DNA of 64,000 nucleotides from a virus, in IMG/VR virus record IMGVR_UViG_3300027714_000008, positions 34,739 to 98,738 of that record, one strand, 5' to 3'. Below, in pieces: positions 9,432 through 20,288 of the stretch (position 1 is its first letter; each line of letters begins with the position of its first letter). Below the pieces are notes generated by a model, which searched no databases, was not told where the DNA came from, and was given only the letters and a program-made list of their open reading frames with translations. The translations under genes were made by a program, and so were the position numbers.

Positions 9432-11171
9432 TTAGACCGAGCCAACAACTTCTTCGAAGTCTACACCAGTTCTAACAGCTACGAAATTTAGTGTAACGTA
9501 GTTGATTGAACGTGCAGGCTTGATGAAGATATTTGCTATGAATTCATTTCTATCTATAACGGCTGCGGAGTTATTTGATTCGTCACAAACAACACGGAAA
9601 TCTGTAATACCGCGACGACCTTGGATTTCTCTCAAGAAAGGTTCTACGATGTTTACAAATTCTGCACGTGTAAATTCGTCATTGAATTCAAACATAACAT
9701 TTCTTGCAGCAATTGCAATTGCTCTTTCCATAGTCAGGAACAAGCGACGAACGTTGATACGATCGAAAGCTGATGGTCTGGCTAAGAATGTTTTATCACC
9801 AAATAACAATACGCCTTGACCAGGAATATTTGCAACTGGATTAATACCAGCTTTATATAGTGTGTCTCGTTCTGCTTTAGTCGGAGAATATGTTAAGGCA
9901 GTTATACCTAAAACTGAACCACGTCTTTGACCAGCTGGTGAAAACCAAGGTGCCGCTTGAAGATCAGAAGCCGCCATAATACCTGCAACCGAAGATGCGT
10001 CTGGAATTTGGATATATTGGTCATTGTACTTGTCATATACTTTAAGATAGTTGTTTGAAACAACCAAGTAAGACGACCTTGTAAACGTGTCTGTTGTTAC
10101 AATTGAAGTAGCAACTGGTGTTGATGCATTCACAACTGCAGCTCTGTTAGGTGATGCTACTACGACACAATCTTTACGTGTAGTTCCAGCAATTACAATC
10201 ATGTTATTAACAACAGTTGTCATATCACCTTGTGCTGACATACCAGGAGCGATTAAGAAGTCAACAGTAATTGTGTCAACGTCACTAAACAATGCCATAC
10301 CTGTGCCATACTTACTTGCAGTAAGTGCGGCTGAATCAGCACCAGCAGTTAAACTAGATGTTATTGGAGCAGATGCAGATGCTTGATACGTTGTACCTTG
10401 AGCGGCTGTGCCAGCATTAGTTAGTGCAGCTAATGTACCTTCAAAAGTTGCAAGGTAAACATATTTAGATGCACTATTAATTACGTCTTTAACATAATTA
10501 GATGATCCGTCTGAAGATTTTGCATCAGATGCAACAGAGACAAATGCGTAACGCTCTAATATAGTACCAGGAGTTCCTGTAAACAGACCATCCTCGTCTA
10601 TAACTGCAACGTGTACTTCGTCATTTACAGCACTTCTTGCTAATCCATAGGCAGATGTTACTGGTGGTGAATCGAAAGCCGCTCTTTGACCCCATACTGA
10701 AAAGTATGTGCCTGAAGAATCTGAGCCTGCTGGACATAAAGAAACTCTTAAAGAGTTACCTAGTGCGCCTGGATATCTTGCAATCCAACCACCAGCATTT
10801 GTGTCACCAGAGTCAGAACCAAACGTACTTGATAACGAGTCAAAGTGCTCTTCTTCTCTCACAAGTAACGTTAGCCCTGCGGAGTTTGCATTGTATGCAT
10901 GCGCTGTAGCTTCTCGTACCACTTGTAGAGAACTTGAATATTTTAAATAGTATGCGGCAGACAGAAAGTCTACAGCCTTAGTAGATGATGGGGAAGCGAA
11001 TGTCGCCGCAAGATTAGCCTCTGTGTCTATCAGAGTAGCTTTTCTAACTGGTCCCCATCTAAAATCACCTACAAATGCGCCTGTTGTCGATTGTACATTT
11101 GGCACTACGCCAGTTAAATCAACTTCTTTGACTACAATTGCTGGGGATTCTGATGGACTGAATATTGCCAT
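9432..11171 (-). CDS. g18: Tail sheath protein gp18
   Basis: SPAIVVKEVDLT, PWFSPAG, FDRINVRRLF and IFIKPARSINYVTLNFVA motifs. Confidence 0.98.
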   Translation of the reverse strand: MAIFSPSESPAIVVKEVDLTGVVPNVQSTTGAFVGDFRWGPVRKATLIDTEANLAATFASPSSTKAVDFLSAAYYLKYSSSLQVVREATAHAYNANSAGLTLLVREEEHFDSLSSTFGSDSGDTNAGGWIARYPGALGNSLRVSLCPAGSDSSGTYFSVWGQRAAFDSPPVTSAYGLARSAVNDEVHVAVIDEDGLFTGTPGTILERYAFVSVASDAKSSDGSSNYVKDVINSASKYVYLATFEGTLAALTNAGTAAQGTTYQASASAPITSSLTAGADSAALTASKYGTGMALFSDVDTITVDFLIAPGMSAQGDMTTVVNNMIVIAGTTRKDCVVVASPNRAAVVNASTPVATSIVTTDTFTRSSYLVVSNNYLKVYDKYNDQYIQIPDASSVAGIMAASDLQAAPWFSPAGQRRGSVLGITALTYSPTKAERDTLYKAGINPVANIPGQGVLLFGDKTFLARPSAFDRINVRRLFLTMERAIAIAARNVMFEFNDEFTRAEFVNIVEPFLREIQGRRGITDFRVVCDESNNSAAVIDRNEFIANIFIKPARSINYVTLNFVAVRTGVDFEEVVGSV

Positions 11172-11235
11172 GTATAGATCCTTTTCAGATATTAATTAAT
11201 AAGTTATCATAATACGAGTTCTTTATCATTATGTG

Positions 11236-11243
11236 TATTTATA
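11236..11243 (-). promoter_or_regulatory. Late promoter TATAAATA for g18
   Basis: Exact motif in an intergenic gap. Confidence 0.8.
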
Positions 11244-11248
11244 ACATT

Positions 11249-11884
11249 TTAATATTGTCCAAATGCCCATTTCTTCTCCTGACAATGATAGCATATTTTA
11301 CATGGTTCTGTGTAATTATTAGTTCTCTCAGCATAATACGTACAAGACCAACTCTCTTTAATATACCTTTCAGGTAAATCTAATTGCTTAAACAAAAGAG
11401 CTATGTCTCGTTTGTCCATATGAGCAAAAGGTCTATAGGTTTTTGCACCAGTTGCATGATGTACTTGATAGATAGTATTAGTCTTATTGACTCTTCTTTC
11501 ATCTTTGTACATACTACCCCAAGTATTAACAATGTTCCATGAAGGTAGTGCAGTAAGGCCAGTTATAATTATTTTTAAATCCTTGTACTTTTCATACATT
11601 TTCTTATCAAAAATACCATGAATTTCATGTTGTTCATTAATACCATCCTCTTCCCAATGAAATACTTCAATTTCTTTTATATTAAGATTTGGATGTTTAA
11701 TTCTTGCATCAGATAAAATACCTTTGGTAATAGATGCAGTGTTTGTAACTCTACTACCAATTGATTGCATAGGAAGGATAGACACATTTGGAGATATTAT
11801 ATCACATATATAAAATAATAAAACCAATGAATCTAATCCACCAGAAATACCAACACCGACCATTCCAGAATCAGGTAAGTCCAT
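11249..11884 (-). CDS. QueC-like PP-loop ATPase
   Basis: SGGLDS PP-loop, RPFAHMDKRDI, and the Zn motif SWSC...PCKICYHC. Confidence 0.75.
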   Translation of the reverse strand: MDLPDSGMVGVGISGGLDSLVLLFYICDIISPNVSILPMQSIGSRVTNTASITKGILSDARIKHPNLNIKEIEVFHWEEDGINEQHEIHGIFDKKMYEKYKDLKIIITGLTALPSWNIVNTWGSMYKDERRVNKTNTIYQVHHATGAKTYRPFAHMDKRDIALLFKQLDLPERYIKESWSCTYYAERTNNYTEPCKICYHCQEKKWAFGQY

Positions 11885-11887
11885 AAT

Positions 11888-13507
11888 TTAAAATCCCATA
11901 TTTACCTTAACGTTTTTATCGACTGTCCATACACCCATATCTTCTTCTAGTATATTACTTTCGTCGTCTTGACCATCGTTTATAAACCCGAATGGCACTA
12001 AATCGTTTTCAATCTCTTTCATACGTTGTTCAAACATCATTTCCTTTAGATTAACATCAGTCAGTTCTTCAAAGTTATTACCCACGGCAAAATATCCAAA
12101 CAACACTAGGTTCATCATTAAGTCGTCATGGTTTCCTTCTGATGCTTCGTATGATGCACCTTTGGCTACAAACGTGGACATCTCTAATATAGTCTGAGGG
12201 TCTACAATATCTAACTTGCCATGTTCAATAATGTCTTTAATGGCAGAACACCCAATACGTTTTGTTTTCCTAGTCATCTCTACACCAATACGATCAGCTC
12301 TTATAAGAGAATCCATGTGAAGGTTTTCGTACTCTAAATCATTATATAGGCCGTTACAAACCAGCGATCCTTGATCATTAGCTTCAATAATAGTATAAGC
12401 CTCATTGTAGAGATTTGCATACTTATAAATAATTGTAGGGTAGAGGATTGGTGAGATAGTATTACAGCGATACACAGCAACCTGCTTAAAAGGTCTTTGG
12501 CTAATATCGATCAAGTTAAACGTGCTATAGTCCAATCCTCTACCTCTCGCAACATCAACTAACATTATGTAGCTATGTTTGGGATCAGGATTTTCATACA
12601 TTAAAAAACTACCGCCTTCTAACACTTGTACATGAGGTTTGGCTTTTTGTCGTAATAAATGTTCTGCTGAAATTAAAGTTGCGCCTGTGCCAAAGAAAGT
12701 GTTACCAAATTCTTGATCAAATTGTAATTGGCTTGTATTACCAATAGTCTTGTCTTTCCATTTTTCATCACGACCAGGAACGTCCCACCAATCAACTCTG
12801 AATGGCACAAATTCACTTGTGTTTTGCATAGCACCTTCCCAAATTTTATGGAACATGTTACCTATACCATTAGCAGTAGAAGTGATAATAATCTTTGTGT
12901 CCTTACCAGATGAAACAACTGGATATGTAGACGTGTAAAATTCTGCCGCACGTTCAACAAATGCAAACTCGTCTAAGTACAATAGGTTAACAGACATACC
13001 ACGAATTGAGCTACCACTAGTTGCGGCTGCAATAATTCTGCTTAGATTAGAAAATTCTAAAGAACCTTTATTTAAAGCCTTTGTGCCTGGTTGTAAAAAG
13101 AAAGGTAAGTTCTCTAGCATCAAAGTAACTCTTGCCAACATTTCACGCGCAGTAGCACCCTTGTTTGCTAAAACAGCAACAGTTTTCTCGGCATGGAATA
13201 TTGCATACCACAATAAGTAAGCAACAGAACTTATTGATTTTCCAGACTGTCTACAGGCAAGCACAATAGAAAATCTATTATTTTGAAAGTGACTAAACAT
13301 TTGCTCTTGATAAGGATACAAATCAAATGGAACAAGCCCTCTATCTAAGCTGATAACCTTACAGTATGTTCTTGCAAAGTAAGAAGCATCGTGCATGCAC
13401 TTAGCATACTCTTTGACTTGCCATTCAGACCATTCTTGTACAACGTTATCGGCTTTAACTTGTCTATTACCATTATAACTTTTACTCGTATCCATCACAA
13501 TAGCCAT
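11888..13507 (-). CDS. g17: Terminase large subunit gp17
   Basis: RQSGKS Walker A, LYLDEFAF Walker B, STANG and HDDLMM motifs. Confidence 0.98.
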   Translation of the reverse strand: MAIVMDTSKSYNGNRQVKADNVVQEWSEWQVKEYAKCMHDASYFARTYCKVISLDRGLVPFDLYPYQEQMFSHFQNNRFSIVLACRQSGKSISSVAYLLWYAIFHAEKTVAVLANKGATAREMLARVTLMLENLPFFLQPGTKALNKGSLEFSNLSRIIAAATSGSSIRGMSVNLLYLDEFAFVERAAEFYTSTYPVVSSGKDTKIIITSTANGIGNMFHKIWEGAMQNTSEFVPFRVDWWDVPGRDEKWKDKTIGNTSQLQFDQEFGNTFFGTGATLISAEHLLRQKAKPHVQVLEGGSFLMYENPDPKHSYIMLVDVARGRGLDYSTFNLIDISQRPFKQVAVYRCNTISPILYPTIIYKYANLYNEAYTIIEANDQGSLVCNGLYNDLEYENLHMDSLIRADRIGVEMTRKTKRIGCSAIKDIIEHGKLDIVDPQTILEMSTFVAKGASYEASEGNHDDLMMNLVLFGYFAVGNNFEELTDVNLKEMMFEQRMKEIENDLVPFGFINDGQDDESNILEEDMGVWTVDKNVKVNMGF

Positions 13508-13509
13508 TA

Positions 13510-13872
13510 TTAATCCTTGTCTGGTAGTACGTCTATGACGTCACCCTCTTTTTTCTGTAAGTCTGATAGCATTTTTTGTATCTCTACAGTAGACCCAACT
13601 AATAAATTATTAGTGATGCCACCAGCTGGAATATCAGAAGGGTCTTCCTTCTTAATATCTTTTTTCTTTTTGTGTAAATCTAATAGATTACCATTGACAT
13701 CTGCCATTGTTTTCATTAGGCCAGAAAGCACTTCAAATGCGCGAGGGTGTTCTGTTGATCTTGCAACTTCGATCATATCTTCTAAGGCTGCTGAACCTTT
13801 TACTAGGATGTCGTGGTAAGTTTGTCTTGCATACTCAAAATCATTATCTACATTATCAGATGAATCAATCAT
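13510..13872 (-). CDS. g16: Terminase small subunit gp16
   Basis: DFEYARQ, EHPRAFEV and NNLLVGST motifs. Confidence 0.93.
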   Translation of the reverse strand: MIDSSDNVDNDFEYARQTYHDILVKGSAALEDMIEVARSTEHPRAFEVLSGLMKTMADVNGNLLDLHKKKKDIKKEDPSDIPAGGITNNLLVGSTVEIQKMLSDLQKKEGDVIDVLPDKD

Positions 13873-14651
13873 GCGCTATCTAAAGCTCCATAGAATGTTG
13901 TCGTAAATCCATAATCACTATCTGGACTTGCGGATGCTGGGTTAGGTATCACTCTGATTGTTGAAACTAACTCATCAGAGTCTTTTATACCACTATTTAT
14001 AGTGTGTAATTTCATGTCTGCTTGACGTATAATCTTACCAGTTGTAACAGGACCATAGAAATTAATTTTCATTTCAAAGTCTAAAGTGTAAAGAATACTA
14101 CGTCTTTGCTCTAAAGCACCTTCATAGTCGTCTGTGAATGAAACACTCTGCAAAGAAATAGGGCTGTCTTCTAATATATCTTCACCTGCAATAGGCTTTA
14201 TTGTTAAAGTATATTGTGGAGCAAAGTAAGGAACAATCTGTTCAACTATTTGTAACGCATCATCTTGAGACTTTGCATAGATGTTTAATTGAAAGTTTAT
14301 ATTATAAGGTACTGGTGTTTTAACTTTGTTTCTATCGTAAACACTAGTGCCTGTAGTGTTAAACTGATTGACCTTACTTAATTGTCTGACTGGATCATAA
14401 ACAATATTAACAATCTCGAATGATATGCGAGGAAGTTTGATAGCCAATTGTCTTTCAGCATCTTCACCATTAGTCTGTGATCTAAGACGTTCAATAAAAT
14501 CACGTTTAGGCGCATATGTCAATGGTACTTTAACTTGACTTATTACTGCGCCAGCAGAGTTCTTACGTAACACATGTAAGTTATTAAACAGACTGCCAAA
14601 CACGGCAACTGATTTACGAATTCTTTGATGATAGAAATATGTACCAAACAT
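13869..14651 (-). CDS. g15: Tail sheath stabiliser gp15
   Basis: YFYHQRIRK, KVPLTYAPK and QIVEQIVPYFAP motifs. Confidence 0.95.
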   Translation of the reverse strand: MFGTYFYHQRIRKSVAVFGSLFNNLHVLRKNSAGAVISQVKVPLTYAPKRDFIERLRSQTNGEDAERQLAIKLPRISFEIVNIVYDPVRQLSKVNQFNTTGTSVYDRNKVKTPVPYNINFQLNIYAKSQDDALQIVEQIVPYFAPQYTLTIKPIAGEDILEDSPISLQSVSFTDDYEGALEQRRSILYTLDFEMKINFYGPVTTGKIIRQADMKLHTINSGIKDSDELVSTIRVIPNPASASPDSDYGFTTTFYGALDSA

Positions 14652-14654
14652 TAT

Positions 14655-15572
14655 TTAAGTCTCCACGTCACCAAATGGGTTGCTTTCAGAGAAGTCTAAG
14701 AAGCCACCAGCTATGGTTTTAAAATCAGCATTTTGTTCATCGTCAGAAATTCTATTATCCTCTACAACACCACTAGCCTGTACGACACCTTTTGCACCCG
14801 ATGTTAGACCTGTGATTGTTCCAGAGTCAAGGAATTCACGGAACTTACCATCTGTAGAACCAATGTGAGCCAAAGATAACACGCTATCAGAATCAGAAGC
14901 AAAGTTAGCCGCTGGTGCAAATGCGACGACTTCACCCCTCATAAATATTCCAAGGTCACTGTCAAGTGTCTGTGAAACGTTTTCGCCAACTTGGAACAAA
15001 GTTGCGCTTGATGAATCTTGATGTAATGTAAGATCCATTTGATAGGCACTATGCTTTTCAATATCATCAATAGCTTTGACACCTGTATCAAAATCTTCAT
15101 CATTGTATTCGAATAGAGAACAACGCATTTTAAATGTTGGTAGATTCTTAAGCTGATAAAAAGGCGATTCGTCTTCGACCTTTTGAATTTCAAAAGTAGA
15201 GTTTGACATAGGCAAATGTATTAAATCACCTTCTCTAGGTCTATAGAAAGCAATATCATTCTTACCGACTAATTGATCAAAGCGACGTCGTGCAACAATA
15301 AACGTTGCTTCGTCTCTTATCTCAACACCGAATTTTGAAAACAAGTCTCTTTCACCATCAAAACCTTCTAGGTTCTCAATATACATTTCAATCTTATGAG
15401 ATTTTTTAAATTTAGAAACAGAGTCGTCACCAAATATACGATCTTCGTTTACTAATTCACGAGGAATATAGAAAACGTCTTGACCATACATTTGTAGAGA
15501 CTCAATTATTATGTCTTCATATAATGTCTGTTCGCTTTTAACGCCGACATTGAAGTATGCATTGGTTGCCAT
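14655..15572 (-). CDS. g14: Neck protein gp14
   Basis: ESLQMYGQDVFYIPR, RPREGDLI and DFSESNPFG motifs. Confidence 0.95.
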   Translation of the reverse strand: MATNAYFNVGVKSEQTLYEDIIIESLQMYGQDVFYIPRELVNEDRIFGDDSVSKFKKSHKIEMYIENLEGFDGERDLFSKFGVEIRDEATFIVARRRFDQLVGKNDIAFYRPREGDLIHLPMSNSTFEIQKVEDESPFYQLKNLPTFKMRCSLFEYNDEDFDTGVKAIDDIEKHSAYQMDLTLHQDSSSATLFQVGENVSQTLDSDLGIFMRGEVVAFAPAANFASDSDSVLSLAHIGSTDGKFREFLDSGTITGLTSGAKGVVQASGVVEDNRISDDEQNADFKTIAGGFLDFSESNPFGDVET

Positions 15573-15573
15573 A

Positions 15574-16329
15574 TTATCCTACAAAGAAATCTGGTGGAAA
15601 TTCGTGTTCTAGTCGCATTGTTTCTTTTAGTGTTGCAATCTCGGCAGTAGCATCGTCATACAATTGTCTACCATTAAGAAGAACGCCGCCTGGAAGTTGC
15701 ATACCTTCAAACTTAATTAGGTTTGCACCCCATTGTTGTTTTATCAACTGTGTGGTGAAGTCTTTTACAAACATATCATTATAGACTGATGTGAAAGTTT
15801 CTGGATTAATTATGTTGTCTGTTTCAAGAACTACGTAATCACCAGCTTTAATAGATTTATCATTCATGTTACTAAACCACTTTAGACGATTCTGATGTCT
15901 ACGGAAATTTACTTGTGGCGTGCCAGTCAATTGACTTTCTAGTAAAGATAGATATTGTTGCATCTGTGTGAAGTAACCAAGATCACCTATAAAGCTACCT
16001 TGGTTTGCCACATCTTGTAGCATCAATTGATATTTAATACTAAAAAAGTTTCTTGAAACTGATGCACCAGTTTGTATTGGTAATGCTTTTATAACATACA
16101 ATATATTGGTAGGTAAAGTTATATATTCGTTTGTAATGTCTGTAGCAGTCATTAAATGAACATGAAAACCTCTTGATACTGCATCAGAATGAAACTCTGC
16201 ATAATACTGTAGAGCGTCGTCTATACGATCGTCTATTTGATCCTCGTCTACGTTAATTTCAATGACAGGAGCACCTAGCCTACGAAGAGCATGGTCTTGT
16301 AATTGTACTCTGCTTGTAACAATAGCCAT
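15574..16329 (-). CDS. g13: Neck protein gp13
   Basis: LRRLGAPVIEINV and KQQWGANLIKFEGMQLPGG motifs. Confidence 0.95.
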   Translation of the reverse strand: MAIVTSRVQLQDHALRRLGAPVIEINVDEDQIDDRIDDALQYYAEFHSDAVSRGFHVHLMTATDITNEYITLPTNILYVIKALPIQTGASVSRNFFSIKYQLMLQDVANQGSFIGDLGYFTQMQQYLSLLESQLTGTPQVNFRRHQNRLKWFSNMNDKSIKAGDYVVLETDNIINPETFTSVYNDMFVKDFTTQLIKQQWGANLIKFEGMQLPGGVLLNGRQLYDDATAEIATLKETMRLEHEFPPDFFVG

Positions 16330-16390
16330 TAAAAATAATCCTTCTGGTGTAATAGGAGAGAGATATTATTCCCTCTCCATTCTATTTAGC

Positions 16391-19300
16391 TTAGTTTAAT
16401 AGGTTGCCAGCGGCATTATATACATTAATTCTATAATGAGAAGCCGCTTGTCCGTCTAAAGTACCAGCATTAACACCACTTGTGCCGTTGACATCAACTG
16501 TTCTAAGGGCAGTTAGTATCTGTGCGGCTGTCTGATCGGCTGTAGCACTTGATTCAATGCCGTCTAGTTTAGTACCATCGGCGGCAACGTCACGACCATC
16601 AACTGTTCCCGATGCGGCAAGGTTGACAACAGTTAACGTACCTGAGCTAGAATTAAAGGTAAGATTAGAACCACTCTTTGGCGGCAATTCGCCTGTCGCA
16701 CCAGTTGTAAATAATGGAAAACAAGTCGTATCACTTGATTCATCTGCTACTGTAACAGCAGTAGCAACAGCTGCTAAAGCAACATCAATATTAGCCGTAC
16801 CATTGAAAGATGTACCACCGATAGTTCTTGCAGTTGCTAATGCAGTTGCAGTTGCCGATAAATCTACTGCAATATTAGCACTACCATTAAATGATGTTCC
16901 ACCAATAGTCCTTGCAGTTGTTAAAGTGGCGGCTGAACCAGATGTGTTTTGATTACCAGTTGCATTAACACCAGCAAGGTTTATATTCGCTGATCCATTA
17001 AATGATACACCACCAATAGTCCTTGCAGTTGCTAATGTAGTTGCGGTATTCGCTAAACCCACTGCAATATTAGCACTACCATTAAATGATGTACCGCCAA
17101 TTGTTCTTGCAGTTGTTAGCGTAGCGGCTGAACCAGATGTGTTTTGATTACCAGTTGCATTAACACCAGCAAGATTTATATTAGCACCACCATTAAACGA
17201 TACGCCACCAATAGTTCTTGCAGTTGCCAATGTAGTTGCAGTTGCGGCATTACCAGTGACTTCACCAGTAAAATTAGTTGCTGTTATTTTACCTGTACTT
17301 GGATTGTAAGTAAGCCCTGTGTCATGTTTTATCGCCGTAACTGCGCCACTTGTTGCCGCGTCAAACTTAATTGTAAAGTTTGTGTTAGTTGATTCGTCTG
17401 CTGTTGTTACAGCACCAGCAGCTGCCCATGATAGTGTTTTGTCACCACTTGTTACTAAGGCTTGTCCAGCAGAACCATCTGCATTTGGCAATGTCCATAT
17501 AACGTTAGCGGATGGAGAAACTGGTTGACCAAATCCTACATAGTTACTTGCGTTACTGTCAAGGAACCTTTGTTCTGTTACTGCTGACACAAGTGATGTT
17601 AATACGCCTGAGCTAGGGTTATATGTTAAGCCAGTATCCGTCTCAATACCCTGTGTCCCTGTTGCACCATCTACGAATGTAGGAAATACTGTTTCATTGG
17701 CTGTATTGTTAGCAGTTGCCGTAATTGCAGTTCCTATTGCTGCAGTGCCAGATGTGTTTTGATTACCAGCAGCATTAACACCAGCAAGGTTTATATTCGC
17801 TGATCCATTAAAGGATACGCCACCGATTGTTCTTGGAGTAGCTAAGATGGTTGCAGTTGCCGCATTACCAGTTAATTCACCTGTAAGTGCGCCCTCAAAT
17901 GTACCAGCTTTAACAATACCCAACGTGACTGAACTATCAGCCATGTTTATAGTACCTGAAACATCAGAGTCGTAAGCGTTTAAGAATGTCCACTTAGTCT
18001 CACTCACATCAAAGAATAGACCCACGTGAGTGTGGCCTATACCTGAGCTACCAGTGTTTCTGTTTGTAAATATACCAGTATCAACATTGATAGGAGATGC
18101 TGAACCTAGCCATGCGTTATTTAATGTGTGACCAGTTACTGCACCAAATTCTACACTAATACCATTTGCTAATGTGTGCGCACTATCGTTAATTCTAATA
18201 TTTTCACCTAGGACAGTAGAAAATGCAGAGTCATAAGAAAACTTGAATGAGTCACCAGCCGAGTCTGCACTATCAATTGCAAGATAGAAAGCTCTGTTGA
18301 CAATATCTGTAAAGTGACCTTTAAGAACCGCATCATCAAGACCTGAACCTGTTACCAATGCAGTGTTTGCATCACCTATTGTATCACCTTGGTTAAGATT
18401 ATTAAATGCGCCACCAATATTGATATTCTGTGTGGATGCGTTTACTTGAGTACCTAAAACTGTTAAGTTATTACCAACAACCAAATTAGTGCCTATGTGA
18501 GCATCACCAATAGTTCTAAAAGTTTGAGTCGTATCATGGCTTAACTCGACCAGAATTTGTCCAGTGCTTGCATGACTTGTTAAAACACGACCAACTGTAA
18601 TTGGAAAGTTAGGGAATGAATTTTCTGTACTAGACAATGCACCAGCTGATGCTCCAAGGAATACAGCGGCATTGGCAGTCAAAGAAGACGTGTCGATGTT
18701 ATTTACTAGACCTGAGTTTGTTACGTACCCAAATGTGCCATTCTCAATATCATGGGTTGCAAGACCAGAAACTTCGTAGTGATCCGCGTTTGATCCGTTT
18801 GCAAGTCCGATTGTAGGTGTAGTACCTTGCACACCAACATAATAGACTGGTTTACCATCAAGGATTGTTGCACCAGATCCGTTATAAACTCTAGTAACTT
18901 GCTCTTGACCAACTTGTAAAGTCATAGCAGCTTCGTCGTTGTAGACTGCTAAAGCACCGAATGCTGAGTCGTAAAATACTCGACCTTCTGCATGTGCAGG
19001 GATAATACCAGAATAATCTAAGAAGCCTGGTGCAATTGAAGTGGCAGTGACAACATCGAATGTTACGTCGTCTGTTGTTGCAACTGCTTGACCAATAGCA
19101 ATGTCGTTGGCATTTACTGTGACACCAGTACCAGCACCAATGTTTAATGTGCGTGTAGCTGCAATAGTACCACCGCCTGTCAAACCTGCACCAGCAGTAA
19201 TTGTTACGCCGGTGTGATCAATATGTTCGTTTGCAACAAATCCACTTAGATTGTCGTGTACGATTTGTCCGTCATTAGTTGTGATGTTATCTGCATTTGC

Positions 19301-20269
19301 AGTTAAACCAGTACCAGCAATAACATTAAGTGTACGATTGGCGGCGATAGTACCACCGCCTGTTAAACCAGTGCCCGCAATAACAGAAACACCTGAGTGA
19401 TCGATATGCTCATTTGCAACAAATCCGCTTAGACTGTCATGTACAATGTCACCATCAGTTGTAGTAATCACACCAGTGCTATCATTGTATGTAATACCAG
19501 TACCACCACTTATAGCGTTCTTAGCGTCACTGTCTGCACGAGCAGTCGTGTAATAAAGGTTACTACCTTCTGTAAGATTAGCTGTAGTGAAAGGACCTAG
19601 TGTAGCAGTTGCAGTAAATGTACCACCATCTGCTGTACCAATTGTTAAGATGCCGTTACTACTATCGTATCCAAATGATGCAACACCTGCAACTGGAAAT
19701 ACTCCAGCAGAGTCTATTAGTCCTTGAGCGTTTACTGTAAATTTTGGAACTAAAGAACCAGAACCATAAGTACCAGCAGTCACACCTGTGTTTGTTATTG
19801 ATATTTTACCAGCGGCAGAGTCGTATGTAATTCCTGTGGAAGCTACTAGCTTGGCTCTTACTTCTGCTACACTAGGACCTGTATATGTTAATACGCCTGT
19901 TGCAGGGACATATGCAAAAGAACCATCTCCACCAGCGTCTGTTAGACTGATTGCGTTCTTTGCATCAGAATCAGCTCTTGCTGTAGTGTAGTATAGATTA
20001 TTACCTTCGCCTAAGTTGGTAGTGCTTTTTGTAGCTATTCGTACATCAAAGGCAGAGTCAACTCTTGATGTTGTATGATACAAATTGCTACTGCCTTCAG
20101 TAATCTCATCTGTATTATCCTTTGATGCTATTTGTGTAGCAACGTATGCTTGCGTAGCAACTGGAAGGTTTGCCTGAGTTATAATGCCACTTACGTTTAC
20201 TGAACTATCAAACGTTGAAGGTCCTTTGACTGTAATGCCATTCTTAACTATAAAATTCTTGTCTGCCAT
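16391..20269 (-). CDS. Long tail or neck fibre protein with internal repeats (1292 aa)
   Basis: Gly/Thr/Ala-rich, with three families of internal repeat. Confidence 0.85.
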   Translation of the reverse strand: MADKNFIVKNGITVKGPSTFDSSVNVSGIITQANLPVATQAYVATQIASKDNTDEITEGSSNLYHTTSRVDSAFDVRIATKSTTNLGEGNNLYYTTARADSDAKNAISLTDAGGDGSFAYVPATGVLTYTGPSVAEVRAKLVASTGITYDSAAGKISITNTGVTAGTYGSGSLVPKFTVNAQGLIDSAGVFPVAGVASFGYDSSNGILTIGTADGGTFTATATLGPFTTANLTEGSNLYYTTARADSDAKNAISGGTGITYNDSTGVITTTDGDIVHDSLSGFVANEHIDHSGVSVIAGTGLTGGGTIAANRTLNVIAGTGLTANADNITTNDGQIVHDNLSGFVANEHIDHTGVTITAGAGLTGGGTIAATRTLNIGAGTGVTVNANDIAIGQAVATTDDVTFDVVTATSIAPGFLDYSGIIPAHAEGRVFYDSAFGALAVYNDEAAMTLQVGQEQVTRVYNGSGATILDGKPVYYVGVQGTTPTIGLANGSNADHYEVSGLATHDIENGTFGYVTNSGLVNNIDTSSLTANAAVFLGASAGALSSTENSFPNFPITVGRVLTSHASTGQILVELSHDTTQTFRTIGDAHIGTNLVVGNNLTVLGTQVNASTQNINIGGAFNNLNQGDTIGDANTALVTGSGLDDAVLKGHFTDIVNRAFYLAIDSADSAGDSFKFSYDSAFSTVLGENIRINDSAHTLANGISVEFGAVTGHTLNNAWLGSASPINVDTGIFTNRNTGSSGIGHTHVGLFFDVSETKWTFLNAYDSDVSGTINMADSSVTLGIVKAGTFEGALTGELTGNAATATILATPRTIGGVSFNGSANINLAGVNAAGNQNTSGTAAIGTAITATANNTANETVFPTFVDGATGTQGIETDTGLTYNPSSGVLTSLVSAVTEQRFLDSNASNYVGFGQPVSPSANVIWTLPNADGSAGQALVTSGDKTLSWAAAGAVTTADESTNTNFTIKFDAATSGAVTAIKHDTGLTYNPSTGKITATNFTGEVTGNAATATTLATARTIGGVSFNGGANINLAGVNATGNQNTSGSAATLTTARTIGGTSFNGSANIAVGLANTATTLATARTIGGVSFNGSANINLAGVNATGNQNTSGSAATLTTARTIGGTSFNGSANIAVDLSATATALATARTIGGTSFNGTANIDVALAAVATAVTVADESSDTTCFPLFTTGATGELPPKSGSNLTFNSSSGTLTVVNLAASGTVDGRDVAADGTKLDGIESSATADQTAAQILTALRTVDVNGTSGVNAGTLDGQAASHYRINVYNAAGNLLN
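16790..17250 (-). repeat. 195-bp (65-aa) tandem repeat in the fibre gene
   Basis: GCGGCTGAACCAGATGTGTTTTGATTACCAG occurs at 16929 and 17124; ARTIGGxSFNGxANI occurs 5 times, with a further copy near 17750-17860. Confidence 0.9.
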
Positions 20270-20288
20270 GGTTCATTGTCCCCGATGG

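Noticed and set aside
7249-13507. Introns, inteins or homing endonucleases in g20, g18 and g17
   Set aside because: The ORFs are continuous and of normal length, with no splicing or endonuclease motifs seen.
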